A stretch of 62,392 nucleotides of DNA, filler included, from Nitrospiraceae bacterium (GTDB taxonomy: Bacteria > Nitrospirota > Nitrospiria > Nitrospirales > UBA2166), in the NCBI GenBank assembly GCA_002726235.1. It is 7 parts of 7 records of this genome, joined end to end, with 100 filler letters (N's around TTAATTAATTAA, not from the genome) between each part and the next. Parts side by side here need not be neighbours in the genome. Positions count along the whole stretch, not along the records: positions 1 to 19,009 come from PBSN01000002.1; 6 more parts are not named here. One strand, written 5' to 3'. The notes below the pieces were generated by a model. It made no database searches. It had not been told where the DNA came from and saw only the letters and a program-made list of their open reading frames with translations. Shown in pieces: positions 1 through 12,026 of this stretch (position 1 is its first letter; the number at the start of each line of letters is the position of its first letter). The position numbers and the translations under genes are program-made.

Positions 1-1690
1 CTACGATAAGCACGACGACGCAGCCGCAATTAAAATTCTCGCCGCGTTTATTCGAACAACTTCGAATCTTGCAGAACTTGTTGACGCCTACTCCCTGCTA
101 AGCGATGCGTTCACTCGGCGTGGGGAATACCAAAGAGCCGTGATGCAACTTGAGCACCTGCTGTCTCTTCTTCCTCCAATTGACACTCTCGGCATACACA
201 CGACACTACAAGTTACAACGAAATGGCTACAACGGATTGCACGTCTGCACACACAGCAGGGCGATTTGGTGTCCGCCGTGGACACCATGCTGCGGGAACA
301 TGCCCTCGCAAAGGCGGAGGATCAGGAGAGGCTTGTCGCACAAATCGAGACGATGCTCCAGACGCAACTTACGCGTGATGACCTGCATGCGGTGGCTGAT
401 CGCTATCCCACCATGTTTCCCGGAGACGCCGCGCTCTCCCATCTCATCCAACGGTATGATCACGCAGGCAATAATGAGTTCTTTAGCATGGAGCAGTTGG
501 TCAATCGGCTGGTGGAACAGTTTCCGGAGCAAAAGTCCGCACAAGTCGCCGTGACGCGTCTCAACACTTTACGCGTCCAATTGCAAGCCCACCGCTATAT
601 CATTGGCGTGGCACTGCCGATGAGCGGGCCTTTGGCGCCGTATGCCAAAGACATTCTCACTGGCATCCGCCTCGCGATCAACCAACAGCAAATGACAGAC
701 TCCCTGGGCATCGTCACCATTGATGTTGCGCAACAGGATCGCACGCTCATCGACCAGGTCACCCAACTCCAAGCCGACTTCAATCCCATTGCGCTTCTTG
801 GGCCGTTGCTCAGCAAAAACCTCAACGCCCTCGCCGAGTGGGCGGAGTACTACGGGATCCCCGTGGTGTCACCCACCGCGACCCAGCCAGCCGTTGCACG
901 ACACGGGTCGTTTTTGTTCAGTACGGCAACAACCGGAACACTGCTTGGCAACGCGATTGCCCAATATGCAATGTTCGACCTTGGCATGACTCAATTTGCC
1001 ATTCTGGCTCCCGACGATCCCTATGGCGCTGAACTGTCCACGGTCTTTGCAACCGCCATCGCACAGATAGAAGGCATCGTTCTCGCAACCGTGTTCTACG
1101 ACCCAGGCGAAACGGATTTTAAGCCGTATATTCAAATCATCCGAGATAACGATTTGAAACATGACGGAATCCTTCTGCCCCCGCTTGAAGGAGAGGAAGG
1201 GGAAGAGGAAGACGAGTCCTATTTTCCCGGGTTGGATGCCATCTTCCTTCCCGATGGGCACAAGACCGTTGGACTCATCGCAGCACACCTGCACTATCAC
1301 GATATGAACGTGACGCTTCTCGGAGCCAACGGGTGGAACAATTCGGACCTGATTCGATACGGCGAGCAGGCGGTGGAAGGCGGGGTTTTTGTCGACACGT
1401 TCAACCTGCATAGCCCCAACACGGCCATGCAAGCGTTCGTGCGCGACTATCAGGCTTCATACCAGAGCGACCCGTCCGAATTTTCCGCCCTCGCCTATGA
1501 CACTACCCAGATGGTGCTGCACACCATTCACCAAGGCGCCATGACCGGACGTGCAGTCGGCGCCTCGCTGAGAGCCCTGCACCAATTTCCCAGCCTGTCG
1601 GGTCCCGCCACGATGACCCCAGCGGGCACTCTCAATCGGTCACTCGTCGTCATCACAGTCGATCAGGGAGCATTTGTACAACTTAATTAG
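1..1690 (+). CDS. TPR plus periplasmic-binding-protein type 1 domain protein (LpoA/LppC-like penicillin-binding protein activator or ABC substrate-binding protein), 5'-partial
   Basis: The frame is open from position 2 (YDKHDDAAAIKILAAF...), upstream of the called 140 start. C-terminal IGVALPMSG, LLGPLLS and FSALAYD motifs are typical of the LivJ/LpoA PBP1 fold. Confidence 0.7.
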   Translation, partial: YDKHDDAAAIKILAAFIRTTSNLAELVDAYSLLSDAFTRRGEYQRAVMQLEHLLSLLPPIDTLGIHTTLQVTTKWLQRIARLHTQQGDLVSAVDTMLREHALAKAEDQERLVAQIETMLQTQLTRDDLHAVADRYPTMFPGDAALSHLIQRYDHAGNNEFFSMEQLVNRLVEQFPEQKSAQVAVTRLNTLRVQLQAHRYIIGVALPMSGPLAPYAKDILTGIRLAINQQQMTDSLGIVTIDVAQQDRTLIDQVTQLQADFNPIALLGPLLSKNLNALAEWAEYYGIPVVSPTATQPAVARHGSFLFSTATTGTLLGNAIAQYAMFDLGMTQFAILAPDDPYGAELSTVFATAIAQIEGIVLATVFYDPGETDFKPYIQIIRDNDLKHDGILLPPLEGEEGEEEDESYFPGLDAIFLPDGHKTVGLIAAHLHYHDMNVTLLGANGWNNSDLIRYGEQAVEGGVFVDTFNLHSPNTAMQAFVRDYQASYQSDPSEFSALAYDTTQMVLHTIHQGAMTGRAVGASLRALHQFPSLSGPATMTPAGTLNRSLVVITVDQGAFVQLN

Positions 1691-1708
1691 CCAATAGGTT
1701 CATATCCC

Positions 1709-2427
1709 ATGGATTACCTCGAACACATTTTCCTGATGCTGTCCTATCAGCTTTTACCATTGTTATTTGCAATGGTCTTGCACGAATTTGCACATGGATG
1801 GGTCGCAAATTATTTGGGGGATCCTACCGCTCGACTTGCTGGCCGATTGACATTGAACCCGAAACCTCATATTGACCCAGTTGGGACTGTGCTCTTTCCC
1901 GCAATGTGTCTCATTCTCCAAAGTCCAATATTTTTCGGGTATGCGAAACCGGTACCTGTAAACTTTTTCAACCTTCACCATCCCAAACGCGACATGGTGT
2001 TGGTAGCAGCAGCCGGTCCTGCCATGAACCTTCTCCTTGCGATCATCAGTGGAATTCTCCTGCGCATCATTCTTACCATCGAACCTTCCGTCACTGGCAC
2101 AATGTCTCCCCTTCAACCATCAGAAACGTCACACAGTATGACTACAATGTTTCTGCTCCCACTTGTCTTCATGCTACTCTTCTCAATTAAAATCAACGTT
2201 CTGCTTATGCTATTTAATCTACTTCCTATTCCTCCGCTTGATGGTGGCCGAATTGCGGTCGGAATTCTGCCATACAAACAGGCACGTATGCTGAGTGGCC
2301 TCGAATCCTACGGGATGATGATTGTCATCATCCTTGTTGCATTTGACGGTCAATTACAGATCATGAGCACCTTCTTCTGGCCTCTCGTTGATCTAGCCAC
2401 TCTGACAATCCTCTCGGGCACACTCGG

Positions 2428-2431
<4 letters not shown>
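1709..2431 (+). CDS. Site-2 protease (peptidase M50)
   Basis: HEFAH zinc motif, AAAGP, NLLPIPPLDG, hydrophobic segments; sits upstream of trpS. Confidence 0.95.
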
Positions 2432-4435
<2,004 letters not shown>

Positions 4436-4482
4436 TCGGTCTTAATCACACGCGTAATACGCATTAAAAAGGGCCATGTCTG

Positions 4483-5691
4483 ATGAACATTAATAAGGTG
4501 TCAATTGAAGATATTGAAATCAGAGAAAAACGCGTATTCATCCGTGTTGATTTCAATGTTCCACTCGATACAAATGGTGGCCCCCTCATCATCGCCGACG
4601 ATACCCGCATTCGCTCCAGCCTTCCAACCATCAACTACGCTATAGACCAAGGAGCCAAAGTCATTCTCTGTTCGCATCACGGCCGACCTGCCGGGAAACC
4701 GGAACCCGAACACACCCTTGCTCCCATTGCAGCACGCTTGGGACGGCTACTGAAAAAAGATGTTCTGTTCGCGCGGGATTGTGTCGGGCAAGCTGTTGAG
4801 TCGCTCGCGGCCACAATGGCTCCCGGGGATGTCTTGCTGCTTGAAAACGTACGCTTTCACCCAGGAGAAGTGAACAACCACGAATCGTTTGCAAAAGCTT
4901 TGGCAGCACATGCCGATGTATACATCAACGATGCATTTGGAACGGCACATCGAGACCATGCGTCAACCACTGGGATTACCCGATTCGTCCAAACAACCGC
5001 CATGGGCTTCCTGCTTCGAAAGGAAATCCGCTATCTTGAAAGCGCCATCGTATCCCCTACCAGACCATTTGTCGCAATTCTTGGCGGAGCAAAAGTTTCC
5101 GGAAAAATCGGAGTCATTGACAATCTCGGAAAAACAGTTGACAAAGTCATTATCGGGGGAGGGATGGCCTTTACCTTCCTTAAAGCCCTCGGATTAGAGA
5201 TTGGAGCGTCAATGATCGAGGACGACATGGTGGATCGCGCACGAGAGATTCACCAACACGCCATTGAACGCGGGATCAAATTTTATCTTCCCGTCGATTG
5301 CGTGGTTGCTACACATCAAGACGCGGACGCCGAGACCAAGATCGTCCCGATACAAGAAATCCCAAACGACTGGATCGGGGTCGATATTGGACCAGCTTCA
5401 GCTCGGCTATTCGAAGAAGCGATTGAAAATGCGAAAACCATTTTGTGGAACGGCCCGATGGGCGTGTTTGAAATCGATGCATTTTCGCGAGGAACCTTCG
5501 CAGTAGCCCATGCCGTAGGCCATGCCTATGCGATGAGTATTGTGGGTGGTGGTGACACAGGTTTGGCCGTGCATCGGGCCCACGAATCGGAAAACATCTC
5601 CTTCGTCTCAACGGGAGGTGGTGCTGCCCTCCAATTTCTTGAAGGGCACAGCCTGCCCGGACTTGCTGTGCTACCCGACGTGTCCCCCTAA
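4483..5691 (+). CDS. pgk: Phosphoglycerate kinase
   Basis: RVDFNVP, LLENVRF, NDAFGTAHR, WNGPMGVFE, STGGGA. Confidence 0.99.
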   Translation: MNINKVSIEDIEIREKRVFIRVDFNVPLDTNGGPLIIADDTRIRSSLPTINYAIDQGAKVILCSHHGRPAGKPEPEHTLAPIAARLGRLLKKDVLFARDCVGQAVESLAATMAPGDVLLLENVRFHPGEVNNHESFAKALAAHADVYINDAFGTAHRDHASTTGITRFVQTTAMGFLLRKEIRYLESAIVSPTRPFVAILGGAKVSGKIGVIDNLGKTVDKVIIGGGMAFTFLKALGLEIGASMIEDDMVDRAREIHQHAIERGIKFYLPVDCVVATHQDADAETKIVPIQEIPNDWIGVDIGPASARLFEEAIENAKTILWNGPMGVFEIDAFSRGTFAVAHAVGHAYAMSIVGGGDTGLAVHRAHESENISFVSTGGGAALQFLEGHSLPGLAVLPDVSP

Positions 5692-5814
5692 CAAGATGAT
5701 AAAACAGCCCTCCAGTATCCTTCTCGCTCCACTCCAAAGTGCAACATACAGCAATACAATTTGTCGTTTCACTTGCGATGGCTTTGTTAAACAACATCTT
5801 TGAGCATCCTGCTT

Positions 5815-6573
5815 ATGCGACGACGCGTCCTCATAGGTAACTGGAAAATGCACAAAACCGCTGGGGAGGCTAGCAGATACATCAGAGATTTTTTGCCCCT
5901 CACCCAGAACATTGCCAGCATAGACATCATTCTTGCTCCACCATTCACTGCTCTTCATGTCGTAGCAGAATCGATCAAAGACACGGCGATTGGCCTCGCC
6001 GGCCAGAACATGCATTGGAACTCCCATGGAGCATTTACCGGTGAAGTCTCTCCAGCCATGTTGTGCGACAACGGATGCCAATCAGTGATCATTGGTCACT
6101 CAGAACGGCGACAGACGTTTCATGAAGATGACAACACGATTAATCGAAAGGTAAAGGCCGCAATCGCGCATCACCTCACCGCAATCATGTGTGTCGGAGA
6201 AACACGTGAAGAACGTGATACCGGAAAAACGTCAGACGTCCTCTCCCGTCAACTGGCAGCAGGATTGGCTGGAATAGGTACCATTGACGCCAAGCAACTT
6301 ATCATCGCTTATGAGCCCATCTGGGCGATCGGAAGTGGAACGCCCGCAACTCCCACACAAGCCAGCAAGGTACATATCAAGCTTCGGGAACACCTCGGAA
6401 CGCTCTTCACTACCTCAACAGCGGAATCCATTCAGATCATCTACGGAGGCAGCATCACCGCCGAGAATATTCAATCCCTGCTGGCCATGCCTCACGTCGA
6501 CGGCGGATTAGTTGGTGGGGCTTGTCTCGACCCTCATAACTTTGGTACCATTGTCAGTTCTGCAACTAATTGA
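5815..6573 (+). CDS. tpiA: Triosephosphate isomerase
   Basis: GNWKM, GHSERR, AYEPIWAIG, GGLVGGA; ATG at 5815 preferred over the TTG at 5800. Confidence 0.98.
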   Translation: MRRRVLIGNWKMHKTAGEASRYIRDFLPLTQNIASIDIILAPPFTALHVVAESIKDTAIGLAGQNMHWNSHGAFTGEVSPAMLCDNGCQSVIIGHSERRQTFHEDDNTINRKVKAAIAHHLTAIMCVGETREERDTGKTSDVLSRQLAAGLAGIGTIDAKQLIIAYEPIWAIGSGTPATPTQASKVHIKLREHLGTLFTTSTAESIQIIYGGSITAENIQSLLAMPHVDGGLVGGACLDPHNFGTIVSSATN

Positions 6574-6582
6574 AAATAACCC

Positions 6583-6972
6583 ATGTTGTACACATTCCTC
6601 ATCACCTTTCACGTTCTCATCTGCTTTATAATGATCGGAGTCGTGCTCCTGCAGTCTGGGAAAGGGGCGGAAATCGGCGCAGCCTTTGGCGGATCCAGCC
6701 AAACCGTATTCGGATCACGGGGTCCAGGCACATTCCTGAGCAAAGCCACGGCGTGGGCTGCCTCCATTTTCATGCTTACCTCACTCAGCTTAGCCATACT
6801 GAGCAAACAAGCGGTTACTGGCTCCTCCGTTTTGGACAATCTCGACGACGGCGTGACTTTGGAGCAAGTTGAAGATAGCCTNCCCATAGACCAGCAGATG
6901 ATCGACGAAACGCCCGCCGAAGAAGACGCGGACAGACCTGCTCCAGAAGATTCCCCTCCCGCAAATCCTTAG
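6583..6972 (+). CDS. secG: Preprotein translocase subunit SecG
   Basis: VLLQSGKGAEIGAAFGG motif, two TM segments, canonical tpiA-secG-tRNA order. Confidence 0.96.
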   Translation: MLYTFLITFHVLICFIMIGVVLLQSGKGAEIGAAFGGSSQTVFGSRGPGTFLSKATAWAASIFMLTSLSLAILSKQAVTGSSVLDNLDDGVTLEQVEDSXPIDQQMIDETPAEEDADRPAPEDSPPANP

Positions 6973-7062
6973 GACTCGCGCAAAAACAACTTCACAGCTC
7001 ATGACGGCAACACGTGCGCTTGCCTTGTCATCACCACCAAAAACACCTACGCTTAACTTNCT

Positions 7063-7139
7063 GCCCCCGTAGCTCAGTCGGATAGAGCAGTGGTTTCCTA
7101 AACCGCGTGTCGCAGGTTCGATTCCTGTCGGGGGCGCCA
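7063..7139 (+). tRNA. tRNA-Arg(CCT)
   Basis: GCCCCCGTAGCTCAGTCGGATAGAGC...TTCCTAA anticodon loop...GGTTCGATTCC...GGGGGCGCCA, 77 nt. Confidence 0.96.
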
Positions 7140-7153
7140 ATCTTCTCAATGAC

Positions 7154-7213
7154 TTACGAAACGCTCACCTTCTCCACATCGTCAGGAATTCCGGTTTTAG
7201 TCACGGTTGGATT
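7154..7213 (-). pseudogene. C-terminal relic of a tyrosine integrase
   Basis: Minus frame reads NPTVTKTGIPDDVEKVSVS*, collinear with the C-terminus PTEIKPGIEPVADREQVA* of the integrase at 26963-28093, with its stop at the same distance from the tRNA CCA. Confidence 0.65.
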
Positions 7214-7251
7214 CACATCACGAGTGATAGCGCAACTGGGGGCAGATCGCC

Positions 7252-8277
7252 TTATTTCACCGCTTGGTAGACAGCCGGGTTTTCCTTTCCAGTGACATTC
7301 AGAATACCCACTGCGCCCTTATCAATACGAAAGATGGAATGATCCACCAGAATGTAGCTTCCGGGAACGTCCACGGTGAATTCTGCGACGGAGGCGCCTG
7401 CCGCGGGAACGGTGGTGGTTTGAACACTTTCGAGCGGACTGGCCGTCAACGAACCCTCATGATATACACGGTCAAAAATCTCTCCGATAATATGCCACGA
7501 GGAGACAAGATTCGGACCAGCATTCCCGAAATACATCCGGATGCGATTGCCCACCTTTGCCTTGAGCGCGCCATCGCCTGTCAGTGATCCCACACTTCCA
7601 TTGAATACAACGTACGTCGGATGTTCCGCTGCTCCCTTTGCTTCATCAAAATGCTGAAGTCCCTTTGCTCCGAACTCCCCTGTCGTGTAGAACTCGCTTT
7701 GTAAAACATAGAACTCCTTATCGACAGGTGAAAGGCCACCTTCCGGTTCCACGAGAATCATGCCATACATGCCATTGGAAATATGCTCTGGAATGGGGGC
7801 CGTCGCACAATGGTAAATGTAGAGACCAGGGTTCAACGCCTTGAAACGCGCCACTTTTTCTTCTCCTGGCTCGGCTAACAGCGAAGTCGCGCCTCCTCCC
7901 GGACCAGTCACCGCATGTAGGTCGATGTTATGTGAGTTTTCACTGCCCTTGGCATTCTTGAGATGTAATTCGATCGTATCTCCGACACGAACACGAATCA
8001 TGGGCCCCGGAACCTGTCCATTAAACGTCCAGAACTCATACCGGGTGTCACCATGCTCGTCTTTGACAAGAACGCCCTCCTTCTCGACCGTCTCCAGGTC
8101 GACACGAACAAGCGCAGGCGAGGCACGATCGATCTGTGCCGGCACTGCCGGAGCAAACGTGAGATGGGCAGATTCGGTCGCCTCATTCGCGAGAAGACTT
8201 GGAGAGGATATGAATATTACGAGAGCACACACACTTACAATCGATAGGATTGTATATAATAATCTTCGTAGCATCAC
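7252..8277 (-). CDS. nirK: Copper-containing nitrite reductase (AniA-like) with signal peptide
   Basis: WTFNGQVPGP, HNIDLHAV, YHCATAPIPEHISNGMYG, SSWHIIGE and LVDH supply the type 1 and type 2 Cu ligands; GGAGG RBS upstream. Confidence 0.96.
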   Translation of the reverse strand: MMLRRLLYTILSIVSVCALVIFISSPSLLANEATESAHLTFAPAVPAQIDRASPALVRVDLETVEKEGVLVKDEHGDTRYEFWTFNGQVPGPMIRVRVGDTIELHLKNAKGSENSHNIDLHAVTGPGGGATSLLAEPGEEKVARFKALNPGLYIYHCATAPIPEHISNGMYGMILVEPEGGLSPVDKEFYVLQSEFYTTGEFGAKGLQHFDEAKGAAEHPTYVVFNGSVGSLTGDGALKAKVGNRIRMYFGNAGPNLVSSWHIIGEIFDRVYHEGSLTASPLESVQTTTVPAAGASVAEFTVDVPGSYILVDHSIFRIDKGAVGILNVTGKENPAVYQAVK

Positions 8278-8899
8278 CGTGACCTCCTAATCCGACATTT
8301 CCAAGATAACCCCATCGCGGGCCTCATTTGCTACTACAATACGCGAATCCACTCACAAAATCATCGATCGTTCTGCTCAGCCCACGAGTGATCCTCGCAC
8401 ATCTTCATGTTCCGATCCAGGATGGCCTTGAACCGGTCACGCGGCACCACGAGATCCGCCATCTGGAATGTGATGGATCGGGCATGCCTGACTGGCCTTA
8501 CCCCAATAGTTGGTCCAGCGCGAGACATAATTTCGCACCCTTCACCCCCACTCTCCCTGCACCACTACACAGGTCCCCTCCAACCCCTCCCAAAATTTCA
8601 AAAATAATTCACAAATGTGGAGCGCACCCTGGCCATAACCCCTCCAACTTGGATTGTGGAGTCGGGGTCACTTGGTGATGTGTAGAAGTTTGAAAGTGAA
8701 TGATGGAAAGAGGGAGAGGGAGCTAAATCACGTCACGGTTTGAGTCACGGTTGGACTCCAGAAATACCGGTTTTGGTCACGGTTAGAGGAAACTAGGCCT
8801 TGCCACTCTGTGCAACAGGAAACGACGAAACGCCTTGGTAGCATTTGGTTTCTGTGTGATGCTGTGGCACCATGTTGTCTGCTGTATCGAGAGAAGGTA

Positions 8900-8947
8900 G
8901 GTTTCCTAAACCGCGTGTCGCAGGTTCGATTCCTGTCGGGGGCACCA
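8900..8947 (+). repeat. attR: duplicated 3' half of tRNA-Arg(CCT)
   Basis: GGTTTCCTAAACCGCGTGTCGCAGGTTCGATTCCTGTCGGGGGCACCA with no D-arm or 5' acceptor strand. Confidence 0.92.
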
Positions 8948-9030
8948 TCTATTATCATTTCCATCGTGTCCCACCTAGCGTCAGTCAGTGCCTCAGCGTG
9001 CGTCACTGTGACCTAGGACGTGTGATTGGC

Positions 9031-9807
9031 TCATTCAGATTCGAGCTTGCGCAGCAGAGCCTGTGCATCTGGCTTATGCCTGTGGAGCCAGAGCCACGGC
9101 TCCTTTGGCTTCGTTGTACTGAGAATAAGTTTCGCCTGATTTGCTGCCAAGTCAGGCTTCCCAGATTCATAATGATAGTAGGCTAAAAGCAGGCGAAGCC
9201 GTGTAGATGTGGGATCAACATCAACAGCTTGTGTGAGATAACCCTCAGCTTGTTTCTTGTTTCCTTTCAATAATACCCGAAGAGGTGCTGGAACTTCGTT
9301 GAGCAACATTCCCATCATATTGAGTGATCGAGCATGTTTCGGCTCTAAGGCCAGTGCTTGCAAGAGATGTTGCTCCAACTCAAACGGCATTGTGGGTAAA
9401 ATTCTCCAAAAGGGCAGTTGCGTTGCCACAAGTCCTTTCGTCGCCGCAAACAGAAAATGCGCTTCGGCATTGGTTTCATCAAGTTCTAAAGCCAGACTTG
9501 CTGCAGCTTGACCACACCGATACCATTCGGCTTTTCCCTCTTCTAGCAAACCTCCCAGTTCCAGACAGGCCCACGCAAGTCGCCGATACGGCAATGCATA
9601 TTCGGGACGCAACTCTATTGCCATACGATACAACGAAATAGCCTGTTCAAGTGCATCGGGATAGGATGGGGTATCTCGGAGTATCTGCTCTGCACGGTCA
9701 ATCCACTCCTGTGCAGATTGACCAGCATAGGTTGTTGTACCAATCCCCACAAGCCACAACAACAGAACCACGATAACGCCACATTGGCGATACATCGTCC
9801 AACTCAT
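9031..9807 (-). CDS. Exported TPR-repeat protein
   Basis: Signal peptide followed by TPR-like repeats (AIELRPEYALPY, ALELDETNAEAHF, ALALEPKHARSL, AVDVDPT). Confidence 0.8.
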   Translation of the reverse strand: MSWTMYRQCGVIVVLLLWLVGIGTTTYAGQSAQEWIDRAEQILRDTPSYPDALEQAISLYRMAIELRPEYALPYRRLAWACLELGGLLEEGKAEWYRCGQAAASLALELDETNAEAHFLFAATKGLVATQLPFWRILPTMPFELEQHLLQALALEPKHARSLNMMGMLLNEVPAPLRVLLKGNKKQAEGYLTQAVDVDPTSTRLRLLLAYYHYESGKPDLAANQAKLILSTTKPKEPWLWLHRHKPDAQALLRKLESE

Positions 9808-10621
9808 AACGTAGCCAGCAGCCCAAAAAAGATTACACCCATCGCCCGCAATCGACCGAACAAAGAAGCGATAAGATCGTTATTGATATCGGCGTCCATA
9901 TAACCCCACAGGTATCAGTAAACGCGTGTGAAAGAGACAAATACAGAAAAAACCATTCCGATTGCGATTCCATATGCTAATTAATTCGCCGTGCAACGTT
10001 TCATACACGCCGATTTGTGCACTGGGGACCCATGTACGCATCTCCACAGATTGTGCTCCTCATAGAGAAAGAAAAAATCCACCTCACCGAAGCATGTCAC
10101 TCTCCTTTTTCTTCATAACAGGGCAGCTGTGGGGATCAAATCCTCACAGCTGCCCTATACGCCGCGCCTTGTCCCGAGACACAATTGAATCAAGCGCAGG
10201 GACGATTTATCATGACATGCGTGATAAATCGTCCGGCCCAATACCGCAATCACACTCAAACATAGTGGCGAGTCAAATTGAAGAAAATGAGCAAGGCATC
10301 ACCTCACTAGCATCAATAGTCCTTCACTATTGCCATAAGACGACGAAGAGTCGCATGCACTGATATCGCGTGGAATAGCTGTATCTGGCCTGCCGGACGA
10401 ATTTGGCAGGGCCGGAAAAGCCACCACCATCTCCTCACGGCGTGCATACGAGATTACACAATACAAGTGTTCCTTGACATCATTTGTGCTGCCTATGACA
10501 GCTCCTCTCACGGCTAACCAAGCAAACCACCTGTCGCATTGCACTTCAAAAGCATGCGCTCTATAAAATTATACAATTGTCAACTGCAAACTATCCGTTT
10601 GAATTCTTGTTAATTACTCGC

Positions 10622-10722
10622 TTGACAATTTCACTAGAAAATCATCATCATCTCGACCCTTATTAAATTATTGTTGATTTCAACTTGCAATTTCGCTAGA
10701 AAATAACCATCATCTTGGCTCT
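10622..10722 (+). promoter_or_regulatory. Tandemly duplicated sigma70-like promoter upstream of the HU gene
   Basis: TTGACAATTTCACTAGAAAATCATCATCATCTCG is repeated about 63 bp later as TTGCAATTTCGCTAGAAAATAACCATCATCTTG. Confidence 0.5.
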
Positions 10723-10776
10723 TGCTTAGAATCTAATTTAAAATCTAGTTCTACGCCACCACAGGAGGGTCCCAGT

Positions 10777-11058
10777 ATGGCCAAACCCATGAGTAAAGCT
10801 GCTATCATTTCCCATCTCGCCAAAGAAGCAAACATAAGCAAGAAGGCTATGTCTGCATTTCTCGAAAATCTCGCATCGCTTTCCTATAAGAGCGCAAAGA
10901 ACGGATTTACTATTCCTAACATCGGCAAGCTGGTGGTCGTGAACCGAAAAGCACGGACAGGGCGAAACCCTCAAACGGGTGAGGCTATCGAGATTCCCGC
11001 AAAGAGCGTGTTGAAGTTTCGCGTATCTAAAGTCTGTAAAGACGCCGTGTTAGGGTAA
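10777..11058 (+). CDS. hup: HU family DNA-binding protein
   Basis: IPNIGKL, RKARTGRNPQTGEAIEIPAK; AGGAGG RBS. Confidence 0.95.
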   Translation: MAKPMSKAAIISHLAKEANISKKAMSAFLENLASLSYKSAKNGFTIPNIGKLVVVNRKARTGRNPQTGEAIEIPAKSVLKFRVSKVCKDAVLG

Positions 11059-11839
11059 AAATCATAGTCGCAATTTGAGCAGACCGCGCAAGCTCCGCGG
11101 ATGATCGAGAGCTGTGGTGAACCGCGTCCTTACTTTCGCACTTATGCTTACCAGCAATGGTAAATTGACGGCCGTTCCTGCATGGGCGGGCAGAATATCA
11201 CCACATGAAAAGTCTAGCCCGCCAGAAAGCACAAACCTTTCTGAAATATATTTCCAGGCGACGTCAAGCAACCTTGATCTACCTTAACAGCTACTCTGCC
11301 CCCTCTCTCTTGCACCATTTCGTCGGGGGGCATTGAGACATTCTGCTGGAAACTTTTGATAAGTCTTTCGTCTTTTCAAAGGCTTCATGTTTAAGCTTTA
11401 AAACACCGCGATTAGGTTTTACTTCAATGCTGTAAGAATTTTGGCATCCCAGACCCCATGTTGTACATGCTCGTGACGAACCTTGATGTCAGTGATTTAA
11501 TTTTAGCTCCATGGCTTTCATACAACACCTCAATTAATTTTCAGAGTTCTGGCTTTGCGAGAACCTCTCCGATGATCCTATCACCAACAATTATCTAAAA
11601 TGACTGTTTGCTCCTACCTGAATTTTGGCACCACATATGAAATTGGTTGCTAAAAACCACTGTTTGAGTTCACCAACAGTTGCCAATTCCATCGACAAAT
11701 AGCTGACATTTATTGACTGCATCCAACAATGTTACCTTGAAAGCATATGCACTGATCAATCAGTTCAGAGTCTCGCAAGCTACTACTTTTTTCTTGCAGT
11801 ACATACCTGCTGTCTACTAAATACATGCACATCGTTTCA

Positions 11840-11854
11840 TGGCATAGCACTCGC
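11840..11854 (+). promoter_or_regulatory. Putative sigma54 (-24/-12) promoter for the GH15 gene
   Basis: TGGCATAGCACTCGC has GG and GC at consensus spacing, about 170 bp upstream of ATG 12027. Confidence 0.45.
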
Positions 11855-12026
11855 TCGTCTATAATTGACATTTCATCTATAATTCACATCCCATCGCAGT
11901 CAGCCAAGCGATGATATACGAGCAATTTTTCGACAAGCTTTTCCTGCTACGAGATGAACGTATGTATGTCACTACCAACGTCTTCTAGAGACGTAGCACA
12001 CGTGTGCAACAAGGAAGGATTAACGA

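Larger units (their letters stand above)
7092..8947. mobile_element. tRNA-Arg-integrated genomic islet (attL/attR), integrase-less, carrying nirK
   Basis: 48-bp direct repeat of the tRNA 3' half at 7092-7139 and 8900-8947 (1 mismatch); GTCACGGTT repeats near both ends. Confidence 0.85.

Noticed and set aside
8328..8678. ORFs inside the nirK islet (116 aa, 66 aa)
   Set aside because: No recognisable domain or RBS; possibly mobile-element debris, but unsupported.
8900..8947. Second tRNA-Arg gene
   Set aside because: Only the 3' 48 nt are present; it is an att duplication.
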